Positions 1-11,070 of a DNA stretch of 64,000 bases are shown here, in pieces. The notes beneath the pieces were generated by a model that was not told where the DNA came from, did no database searches, and saw only the letters and a program-made list of their open reading frames with translations. The stretch is from the NCBI RefSeq assembly GCF_001447785.1, contig NW_015174861.1, forward strand, positions 548,136 to 612,135. The letters are read 5' to 3'. Source of the DNA: Gekko japonicus (Eukaryota). A program made the translations under genes and the position numbers. The number at the start of each line of letters is the position of its first letter. Position 1 is the first letter of the stretch.

Positions 1-300
1 TCCAGGGAACAGTCAGGGTTGATTTCTTTTAGGATTGACTGATTTGATCTTCTTGCAGTCCAAGGGACTCTCAAGAGTCTTCTCCAACACCATAGTTCAA
101 AAGAATCTATTATTTGGCGCTCGGCCTTCCTTATAGTCCAACTCTCGCAGCCATACATGACTACTGGGAATACCATTGCTTTGATCATGCGGACTTTTGT
201 TGGCAGGGTGATGTTTCTACTTTTTATCATGCTGTTTAGGTTCGCCATCGCTTTCCTCCCAAGGAGCAGGCGTCTTTTAATTTCATGGCTGCTGTCACCA
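1..300 (-). mobile_element. BovB (RTE) LINE fragment
   Basis: Reverse complement of the BovB RT C-terminal region also present at 15888-16833 (VFPVVMYGCESWT, ELWCWRRLL). Confidence 0.9.
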
Positions 301-3300
301 GGTCTAGGTCTTTCTAAAAGCAAAGCTCAATGGTTACTGGGCAAATTGGATTTTTTTAAAAAACTGACTGCTAATGGCAGCATGTTTCTCTGATGTAAAA
401 GGCTTTTTTGTTAACTGAGAGAAGTAGGATGCCACCCACTGTAAAGAATGCCCATCCCCTTTGTTTGGTAGAGGGAGCCAGCCATTCACAACTTGAAATA
501 AAAAAAGATTTGAAATTTGTTAAAAGGCATAAAAAGGAGTCCTATTGCACAAGTAGGCTCAGGGTATAATACTATTGAGATATAGGATGAGTTTCAGACC
601 AGCGTTACTATTCATGATTTATCAGTCCCTAAGCCAAGATGTGAAATACAGTAGTCATGTCAATTTTAATAACTGACCTAGAACTGCAACTTTTCCAGGT
701 CTCTCCAAAATTCCCTCAGAAAAACAGCATTTACTCAATGTGCTTGCTTATTAAGAGCTTTGTGGATTTATTTTAAGGGATTCTACATATTAGTTTTGCT
801 TTGTTTTCAGGTTTTAAACAAGATTATTTTAAAAAACAAATAAAACTGACTTCTTTTTTTTTTAAATTATTGATTTACCTTCACTCTGCACCTAACTTTT
901 CTTACTACCTTCAACTTTTGGAGAAAGTGTTAAATGTTTTAATTGGATTAATGAAAGCACCTGCTTAACACTGTCCCTGTAGCTGAGGCTTCTGCAGATA
1001 AGAGTAAACATCAGTTTCTCCACTATAATTTTAATGTATTTGTAATTTGTTGATAGCTGTTTAGATAGAAACAGGCAGCAATTTATTCTTTCAAAAGTCT
1101 AGAATCTTAAACACACTAACAAAAGGGTAGCAGCTATTCAGATCTTAACTTGCAGGAAGAGTGGAATCTTCTCTATATGAAATATAACTTAAATTACCCA
1201 AAAGACTGCACAGAACTACATGGATCATTTTGGACCCATCATGAGACACCATGCAAGTCATATGCTAGCCAATACATGGACATAAAACTGGTAACACTTT
1301 AGCATGTACATTTCCCCCCAAGATGTTTGCAACTTAATGAATCAATGCATTCCCATTTGCTGTGCAAAGTGTCTGGGAGGGTACCCATCAGTCCACATCC
1401 TACAAATTAAATGGTGATTGCATTGGATTCAGTCCACATGTTTAGTTCCAATATTTAACAAGAAAGTATGTGCAGAAGATTGTTTCGGTGTACTCTCTTG
1501 TAAGATCAAAGCATGTACCTATAGTGGTATAGAGAGACAGAAAGAGCCTAGATAGACCAATAAAATGAAGATCAATACAGACGAGACCGGGGTGATGCTG
1601 GCAAATGGGACAATAAATGTAAGAGGAGTTACAGCATGTTGTGGATGGGGTTGCACTCCCTTATAGCAGCAGGTTTACAGCTAAGAAAAAGTTATCTAAT
1701 CCACACCTACAAACTAGATGTCTAGCTCACACTGGAGGTGACGCTCATAGATATACCTTGTGTGCACAAGGTCCCAGGTTCAATTTCTGCCACTTCTAAT
1801 TAGAGGGTATTAGGTACAGATCTTGGGAAAGACAGCTATGCCTGAGAGCCTGGACAGCCGCTATCTGAGTATATTACATTGAGATAGGTGCAGCAATGGT
1901 ATGATTTGGTATAAGGCAGATTCTTATGACACTCAGCACCTTCGGCCAACTTTGGGTTGTGTGTCAGCTCCAGCCCTTCCCTAGAATAAGATACAGCTCT
2001 TTCTGTTGCAGTGCCTCATCACTATTAAAATACAAGCACCAGGAAAGTCCATTCTTATTGTTGCAGGATGTTGTGATTTAAAGTTGTTTAGCTGTCTGTC
2101 TTTTCTACCTCTTAAAAATACGCAAAAATATTAGTATAAGAAAAGCAAATGAGTCAGGAACCCTATTTTAGATAATTTAAATTTGTTGCACCTGACACCT
2201 GGTTTTTTTTTTTAATGACATTACTATTTTGAGACAACTCTTGCACTATTCTAAAGCAAAGTACCTACTGTAAGAAAAGCTATTCTCAGCCTTATGTTAT
2301 ACCAATGTAAAATATGAACTGTGAGTGCCACTGACAAAAAAAAAAAAAATTATCCCATTATATGTCAGTGTCTGCAGACACATGGGTCAAATGCACACCT
2401 CTCAGTACAAGCAGAAGGCCACTCCTATCATACAAGATGTGTATGGAGGGAGTATACAATTTCTGCAGATATTCCCCTTGACCATCAGTTTCCTGAGCCA
2501 CATCTTGAGGATTTCATTCCCAGTAGCCCCTCAGTCCCTAGGAACTGCTTTTCAGAGTACATGAGGGGCTGCTGCAGGATTAATGATGCAGGAAATAGTC
2601 ACTTTGCAAAATGTAGTTTAACACCTAGAGGGGCAACCCATTGTCATTGAAACTCTTGAAATATATTTTAAAATGTCCCATTATTTCTGCCCCAAAACAA
2701 AATTATGGAAGATAAAAATCAGGTATAAATTAAATAAATATACAACTAGCCTTTAAGAACACAGTAAAATACAATGTAATTCCATAGAACTGGCTTAACT
2801 TCGTTTTAGCATGAGATGGAATCTTGGGAATATGTATACCAGCTGAGTGAGATCTGGAATGAGCTTGTTTCCTTTTCTGTTATGTGTATTTAAGCCTGGG
2901 CTTGGTCAAGGACACAAATCTTTCAGCAAAAGCCAAAAGGGGGTCTTGACCCCATAACCCGTTGGTCTGGGTAAGCCAGGCCAGCCGATCCATGGCCAAT
3001 CTAGGAGCTCTGTTGTACTGTTATCTTTGTTTCGTTAAACTATATTTTTGTATTTCCCTGTAAGCCATTTTAAATCCTCAGTTTGAAGCTAAATGGGACA
3101 GAAAATTTAATTTTATTCCCCAAAGTTCCATACAAATGCAATTTCTGCCCACTTCCTATTAGAGGATGGAAGGGGCCAGCCATGGGTGGGGGTCCTAAAT
3201 GGGGGGCCTCAGTTTGTATAACATTTATAAAGAATTCTCCCTCGCTCCAAGATCCTTCTGGCATGGTGTTAGCATATGATAAATGATAAATGTAACAGAA

Positions 3301-3509
3301 TGTAACAGTTCTTTCCCCCAACCACTTCCTCTAAAAAATCCACGGGGACATAGGGGATGAGATGGAACTTTGTGATATTACATAGGGCAGAACAACGGCA
3401 CTGTCTCGAATCTATATGCCAGGTAGGAGCAGAAGCCCCACAGAATGGCTTCCCCAACTCCTAGAATAGTTAGATGACTCTTCGTTAATAAGTATCAAAA
3501 AGCCACTCA

Positions 3510-3592
3510 GACTTGGTTGGTCTTAGAGGTGCCACTGGACTCAAACTTTGTTCTGCTGCTTCAGACCAACATAGCTACCCACCCGAATCTAT
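3510..3592 (+). mobile_element. Penelope-like terminal repeat fragment
   Basis: ttggtcttagaggtgccactggactc...cagaccaacatagctaccc, homologous to the PLE termini at 21945 and 38060. Confidence 0.6.
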
Positions 3593-3716
3593 CCACTCAG
3601 AGACAGTTAGAGTTAACAGGGGTGTACTCCCACATCCGTCTTCCAACTTAGGTCACCCACCAAGATAGCCTCTGTATCTATCCTCATCTTGTAGCCAGAC
3701 TAATCGGGATCTAGAC

Positions 3717-4017
3717 CAGGCATCCCCAATGTGGTGCCCACAGGCACCGTGGTGCCCACCAAGTTTTTAGAAATGGATAGAGCCAGGTGGGGCTTTCACC
3801 AGCAAAGCTTCTGAATGGCTGTGTAGATTTTTTTAAATGTTGCTTTGGTAGAGCTGCCAACACAGTACAAGGATCTTCACTGTGTCACTGAAGCTAAGGT
3901 ACGACAATCATTTTGCATCTAGCTCTGCCCCCTGTGGTAGCCACTTTGTGGCTGTGCCCACCACACTGTGTGAGAATTCCAAAGGTCCCTGCAAGGCTCA
4001 AAGTTTAGGGACCCCTG
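3717..4017. mobile_element. hAT (Charlie-type) MITE A
   Basis: Imperfect TIRs CAGGCATCCCCAA / TTAGGGACCCCTG; 8-bp TSD ATCTAGAC at 3709-3716 and 4018-4025. Confidence 0.85.
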
Positions 4018-4025
4018 ATCTAGAC

Positions 4026-4220
4026 CAGGGGTGGTCAAACCGCAGCTTGGGAGCTGTATGTGGCTCTTTCACATAGTCTAATTTAATGTTAATTAAAAAA
4101 GCAAATTTGCATATTTTCCAATAAAAATGTGTGTGTAATATTTGTTCAGGTCCTGCGGCTCTCAAGCATATGACGTCTATTCTATGTGGCTGTTACATTA
4201 AGCAAGTTTGGCCACCCCTG
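4026..4220. mobile_element. hAT (Charlie-type) MITE B
   Basis: TIRs CAGGGGTGGTCAAAC / GTTTGGCCACCCCTG; TSD ATCTAGAC at 4018-4025 and 4221-4228. A partial second copy lies at 47745-47884. Confidence 0.88.
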
Positions 4221-4923
4221 ATCTAGACGGTTACCCAGAAGAGACTGGAACTGAATTACTATCACACGCTCAAGCACTTCGCCCAAGAATAAGAGGAACC
4301 ATCACAAGATGATAGTTGCACTGGTCAAAGAGGGCTTTAAAGAGTCGCCTTACCATTGCCTCTTACAAAGTACAGACTACCACCCCCTTCTCAACTACAA
4401 GGTTTTAATCTTCTGGACCTATACAACTAGATATAATTAGCCACGAATCGCAAGTATATAGTAAGCTAGTGGTTAGCCAAACTGATCTAAGCACTCTGTA
4501 TCCTCAGGAGGCACAACATGAAATTCATTCAAGTGCTTGTGAGTGGAGGAGGCAGGTTTATATTTCAGATTATTTGTAATTAAAGTGACATCTAAGTAAG
4601 AAAGCATGCAAAGAAAGTGCTTTACAAATAAATCATGAGGCAACAGAGTAACAGACAAGACTTTTATAATAGTACTCACTACCATCATAACACAGCAAAC
4701 CTCAAAATGAGCTGTAAGCCTTCCTTCATTTCTACTCTACCCATTATCCCTGCTACTTCAGTACCCAAGTAGCTGAATGTCATATGTTTAGAAAGGGGAG
4801 AGTGCATAACTTTGGCAGGATCCCTAAACACATCAATAGGGAAATACAATGAAATCTACCAGATCAATCCCTATCAGACTCTAGGTTTAGTACATCCTAA
4901 TTAGCTCCACCACTGTGGAGGTT

Positions 4924-5156
4924 AGAAGAAAAGAAGGTTTTTATACCTTAGTTTTCTCTACTCTAAGGAATCTCAAAGCTGCTTAAAATCTCATTCCCTT
5001 CCCCTCCCCATAACAGGCACCTTGTGAGGTAGGTAGGGCTCAGAGATAACTATGACTGGCCCAACATCACCCAGCAGGCTTCATGTGGAGGAGTGGGGAA
5101 ATCAAACCCGGTTCTTCAGATTAGAGTCCACCACTCTTAACCACTAGAACCATGCT
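4924..5156 (-). mobile_element. tRNA-derived SINE (Squam3-like)
   Basis: tRNA-like head with A/B boxes, cctacctcacaagg core, CTT-type tail. Confidence 0.85.
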
Positions 5157-5553
5157 CGTTAGGCATTCCTAAGAGACTGGACTTAGCCAGGCAGTTACCT
5201 ATCCTTGATAAAGCAGTCCAATGTATGGCATGCCATGTGTAATTGCTAAGATGTCCTTTGGCAGTAACAGGGATCACAAAATCTTAAACTGCACCAGATA
5301 AAAGAGGTTCAGAATGGATGCTGAAGTTCTCTTGTACAAAAAATGGGTGTCCTCAACATTCAGTCTGAGACCATCTCTGCTATATCATCAGAAGCCAGAC
5401 AATATGGGCAGTGGTAAACCAACAGAATCCCCATTCTGTCCCTGGACCCCAACACTAGGTACATACATTCGAAATTCGCCGTCTGCTGGAAATGGCACCT
5501 GAAAAGTGAGAAAATGAATGTTAATAAATTAATGTTGATGAAGTGAATGTTAC

Positions 5554-5622
5554 CTTTGCAAATCATGTTCTCCCTTCATTTTCTCTACCTTCGTCAACAT
5601 CTCATCTACTTTGAATGTTTTC
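5554..5622 (-). CDS. SUZ12: SUZ12 exon 4 (69 nt)
   Basis: tattacag|...|gtaaca; encodes KTFKVDEMLTKVEKMKGEHDLQ. I found no exon 5 in 1-5553, so the gene continues beyond the left edge. Confidence 0.96.
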
Positions 5623-8221
5623 CTGTAATAAAAATAGAAATTAAATTTTCATTACATAGTACAATTCTTTTTCATAAACATTTCTAATACTGTTTTGCAA
5701 ACCTCCAGCTGCTTGGAGGTCTATACAAGTGAAACATTTTTCAGTTTTGAATACAAAATTTGGGCCTGTTTCCTAACAAAGTGATCCAGAAGTCCTGTGA
5801 TTTTAAATTCTGTATTTGTTAATCTTAAAATCCTACTACATAATACAGATATACTTAATTATATTTCTCAAGATTATAATAGACAAAAAGAAAATTTATT
5901 GGGATATACATGTCTGCATGAGAATTCCAGACTGTTTGAAGCTATGCTTTCCATGCATGATTATGCAATAGAGAAGTTAGGTTCATAGAGCTGCCGTCAT
6001 CTGAACCTATCAGTATGCTTGACTCCTCTACATATACACAACTTCTCAGCACTATTAAGCAGAAGTACACTCAGTAAAATTAAAATTGCTGGGCACTATG
6101 ATTTGTAAATTTAATCAAATTGCAAACAAAATCTCCATGTAATATATTTCACTCTAAACTAAGTGACAAATAATCCAGCCTCCTGATATGCTGGACAGGT
6201 ATTTGACTTTTATTAGAAATGATGATGCGCTAAGAGCATTACAACTCAAATATTTTCTTTTAATTTTTTTAAACTCACAGAATTCTGAGAGTCAACAGAA
6301 AAAATAATATTGCAGAGTCAAAAGAAAAGGACAATTATGCACTTTTAGTCTTACATTACGCTACATGCAATGTAACAAATTCTTTGTTCAAATTTTTACA
6401 TACTAATATATTTCTACAACTCACATTAAAATTCTTTGACAAAATGTTTACATAGATTTATTCACAGAATTTATTCCACAACTAGTACAATTTTTCCCCA
6501 GTAGAACTGCAAATGTTTAACACAAATAAATTAGTGAAACTACTGGCTCACACATAGAGCCCTCAAATTTACTAGCCTACTCACACATAGCTAGCCTAGT
6601 CATTTGCAACACACAGACTGGGAATACAAAACAAAAGAAGGAACCAATTTTTCCAGTTCCCAAAGCTTCACATCCTGGTCTCTTGGTGCCAAAGGCTTAC
6701 CTAAGCAAGTGACTACTTGCAAACATGGCTTAAGTACTACAGTTAAGAATTCAGACCATAATCAAATATGGTATTTAACCAATAGCTGCAGCATGGAAAA
6801 AACTAGTTTCATGTTCCTTCAATGCACTGCAGGGAAAGATGTACACCACACACAATATAACAGAATGCCAATGAAGATTTTTACTAGCAGCAAAACAAAG
6901 AATCTTGCTAGACTTTAAACAAAAGTGTGTGAAAACTTAAGAGTTACTCCAAAGAAGCACATTACAGATTTTAAGCGGGTAGTCCTCCAAAATGCAACTA
7001 ATACAAGAAAAATCAACCAATACAAAAATGCAACAGACAACTCTACATCTAGCGCATGTTTTCTACCACTGTCTAATAGCAGCAGTGGCCACTAGATCAC
7101 CACTGATTTGGGGTGTTACTTAAGATGGCATCACAGAATCAGAGTTGCATAACGGTAATCTTAAGGCATCATCAATTTGCCTGCACAAAACACTACAGCT
7201 TTAGTTATACCGAAACCTATCAAACTTGGCGTTTGCCTAGATAACTAGATTAACTTCTGGTTATATTTCTTAAATGCATATTCTTGCTCTACTTTTGTAG
7301 TTTCAGAAAATAGTTAATTTTAATGTCAGAACAGCAGCTCCTTTACATACATAAAGAATCTATGGAATGCTCCTCCTCATGTTAACAAGGTCATTTCTTC
7401 AGACTTACTCTTTAAATCCCTGTGTTCTTCATTACCTCAAAACTCAGTTTTGTCAGCCTCATAAAAGTTGGTGCCTAAAATGCACACCTCATTTCTTGAC
7501 TCAAACGATGTCTTACACCTCTAATGCCACTCAAGTTGAAGTTACAAAATTAATCTTGCTGCAAGGTTTCAAAGCTTTACATTTTTGGTCTGATTTCCAG
7601 ATTCTTTGATTGCCAAATCAAGGGCTCCATGTTTAAATAATGGACAGCTAGAGTTACAAACAGCAATCTTTTAAACTGGTTTTTACATCATTATGCTAAA
7701 ACTAAACTCAATATGAATGGTGCATAGAAAATTCCTGCCATTAGTAAAACCACACTGACCATATGGTGTAGCAGCTCAGGCACAAGAATTAAATGATACT
7801 CACTATTCATTGTTAATTAGCAACTGTTATGACATGCTTCTGAAGTAAATTCCTTTTTTGTACTTCTGATCTTTGGTTTGTGTTGTTGTATTTAACATCT
7901 TTGCCAGCATACAGAGATGTCAACACTTTTCATTGCTGAACATCAAGAAAGTACATTTCCAAACAACTACCACTTCCAGTTTCATAATACACACCACACA
8001 AATAAGTCAAGACACACAACATACGTCAATTCGCCCCACTGCATAAATGCAGCAATCACAGGGTCATGCTCAATGGAAGATCACAATAATTTGATCCCAT
8101 TTACAGACATAGTGACATTTCATCTCATACACTGGTACCTGCATACTATTATTGTCATTTCTTTGGAGGGGGGGGGGCTTTAGCATGTTAAATAACATGC
8201 CCTTTTTAATGAGTGAAGTTA

Positions 8222-8323
<102 letters not shown>

Positions 8324-8368
8324 TTAAGGATTGTCTAAAACTAAAAGCAAAGATTAAAAATTACTCAC

Positions 8369-8415
8369 AGCTATAAGATTGCGGGTACGTAGAAATCTAT
8401 ATATCTGTGTTGGTT
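8369..8415 (-). CDS. SUZ12: SUZ12 exon 2 (47 nt)
   Basis: ttctctcacag|AA CCA ACA...GCT|gtgagt; encodes PTQIYRFLRTRNLIA. Confidence 0.97.
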
Positions 8416-9699
8416 CTGTGAGAGAAAATAAAACAAGCAACCAATTTGATACTTTTGATACTTTTTCCACAAGTACAACAGTACTAAACACCCCAAATAT
8501 CAAGAGAAGTAAGCATTTTTAACAGTAACCTAAAAACTGATGCTACCACTAAATGATGCTACTGTGTGACATCGCCAGCTATGTACAAATGGTACATATA
8601 AATACATCACAGTATGTTTAATAAATTCAGAAAGATACCTTTAGCATATACAAGTGTGGCCAATACTTTAGATTTGTAATATCATTTTATAGAGATGAAA
8701 CTCATTGTTTTAAAATTCTAACCAAATTTTCTGTCACCGACTCTCATTTTGAATAACCACGAGGAACAGCACTGATTCCTGTATACAAGTTGTTTTATTA
8801 CATTTGTGAGTAAACAACTTTAACGTTTTTTTTCTATGGAACATATGTGCACTTGAATGCTAAAATACCAACACATTTGGACAGGGTAGAGGCATTAATA
8901 GTAACTTACTCAAGATGTACAAGATTTCTTGTACAGTGAATTGCCTAGTTACAACTCAGCTTTCCTTAAAAAGTTTCTTAAATATAAACAATAAAACAGT
9001 CTCTTAAAGATTTGGCCAAAATAGGCTTAACACACACACACACTAAATTGATGATGCCCTTATCTTCCAGCTACATCAACTTACATTTGTATCATAAACC
9101 ATATTAAATGCTTACTAATAATTTCAACCTACAATATTTTTCTGTCTTGAGGAATATAAGACATGCTTTGACTGTACTACAGGCAGTTACACTGTTGACT
9201 TTTCACAATGCAGTTAAGTTGCTCTTTTATTATCAAAGTCTGCTGGAACTACTGTGAAACCTTTCAAGTTTAAATACACACCAAGCAAACGAAACACACA
9301 AAACAGCAGTATCTTGGGTAATCTTACAACCAGCACTTGGGCAGCATCTCCTTCTTACTTATGTTTTCCTCACAATCACTCCATCCCAACACTTGATCAA
9401 GACACTCTCTTTTTACAATGCAACTTAAACATGAAATTCATAACTTTCTCCTATGCAGGTAATCAACATAACGCATCATAAGCCCCTTTTCATTCCGTAA
9501 ATGCTAGTAACGCATTCGGCATACTTAGTTTACACTTTTAATTATTATGGGATGTCCACAATTCAACAAGAATAGGACAAAACAATTCCTGAACATCAGA
9601 CTTCCGAAAATATCTTTAGCTCTCTTTCTGCAGGAACTCTCAAAGGCACGAAAAAAGATATTCAAAACAACAAGGTATCATCTTACAGGGTCTCGGCGG

Positions 9700-11070
9700 C
9701 CTGGAGACAGAAGGGACCCCCAAACGCAACCCGAGCAAGAGACGCAATCTCAAAAGCGTTGACGTGGGAGTGTACGACAGCACCTCGTTAATGAAACAAT
9801 TAGTAAGGCACGGATTTCCCTACGCCCCCCAATCCCCTCGAGCTGACAACTCTGACACAGAAGCAACAGCTCTGCCTCCAGAGCCCCCCCCCCCCCCGCA
9901 ACCTCGATTGCCAACTCCCCAGAAAGGTTCGCATCGCGCACACGGGGCTGAAAAGGTGCCTTCGCCGCGTCCCCATAAATGAGCGCCCAATGCGGCTTCT
10001 CTCCGCCCATCCCACCTCGGCCCGGGGAATAGCTGGAGATCGCCCTGGCTCTGCTCCATCTTCGGCTTCTTCACTGGCGGGAGGGCCGCAGCCGAGGCGG
10101 CCGCCGCTGAGGACGCCGAGGAGCCCCCGCCACCGGTACCGCCAGAATAACTACTGCCTCCGCCGCCAGCGGCGCCGCCGGATTTGCCGCCCGGGGTGGC
10201 GGCTGAGGTAGAGCCAGCGAACCCCCCAGCAGCACCAGCACCACCTCCTCCTCCTGCCGCAGCGGTGGCGGCGACGGCGCCTCCCCCTCCGCTGGGAGCA
10301 GCCGAGCTGGGCCCCGCGCCGCCGCCGTGTTTTTGAGGAGCCATGAGGGCCTCTTCGCCGGGGCGGGAGTGTAGCGGAGACCGGCAGCGAACGGGGGCGC
10401 GGGGGAAGGCAAGGGGGCCAGAGGCAAGGTGAGGTAAGGAGGAAGTGGAAGCGCGGCGCTTCAACTCCTCTAAGTCTCCCCCGCTCCGTTCTCCTCAAGC
10501 GCCCTCTCTATCCAGCCAAACCCGACGGCATCGCCGTCGCTCCCGCCCCCTCCGCCGCGCGGCTATTGGCTCCTGCGATGGCGCCGTGCTGCGTCATTGG
10601 TCAGGAGAGAGCCCGCCCAGGCGTGACGCTAACGAAGGCCCTGCAAGAGTTTGGTTGGACCGCGCGCTTCACCGCTGGGAGCTTTCCTCACCCCCCCTCC
10701 CTCGCCTTCCTCCTTTGAACTGAATTCGCGGGAAAGCGGCGCTGCTCCTCCTCTTCCCTCCCCACGCTTGCGCTGCCGAAGTGCACGATGGGATAGAATT
10801 CTTCGTCTAACCAACGACTCGGGTGCAGCTCCCTCAGAGAGCGCGAGCTAGCCCGCCCGCCTGAGATTGACAGCTCCCAACCTCCAGTCCGTGTTTTGTG
10901 GCATCCCCCACCCCACCCCGCCGCTAATTAAAGGAGTCCGCGCGCGGGAACGGACGAAGGCAGACAAGCCACCAAGCTAGTGCCTTGCCCATGCTGCAGA
11001 ACGGGAAGGGGGGGGGGGTCTGCTTGTGGTCTACCATTGGGAGCCGCAGCCGGGGGGAGACCGCCTTTGA
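9700..11070. promoter_or_regulatory. SUZ12 CpG island and promoter
   Basis: Very GC/CpG-rich. Contains CCAAT boxes on the minus strand (ATTGG at 10565 and 10596), YY1-like GATGGCG (10578), a CRE-like half site TGCGTCA (10590), canonical E2F site TTTCCCGC (minus, 10728-10735) and CHR-like TTTGAA (10714-10719). SUZ12 is an established E2F target. Confidence 0.85.
10016..10344 (-). CDS. SUZ12: SUZ12 (PRC2 subunit) coding exon 1; 3' boundary uncertain
   Basis: ATG at 10344 reads MAPQKHGGG, then a Gly/Ala/Ser tract, then ALPPVKKPKMEQ, matching the SUZ12 N-terminus. It lies in a CpG island. The first donor is AG|GTGGGA after 10016 (329 nt, phase 2; see findings). Confidence 0.85.

Noticed and set aside
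9359-9450. 92-nt minus-strand exon candidate with the right phase to bridge SUZ12 exons 1 and 2
   Set aside because: Contains an in-frame TGA after four codons.
9750-10851. Many overlapping Arg/Pro/Gly-rich ORFs
   Set aside because: Expected stop-codon depletion in a CpG island; only the SUZ12 frame matches a known protein.
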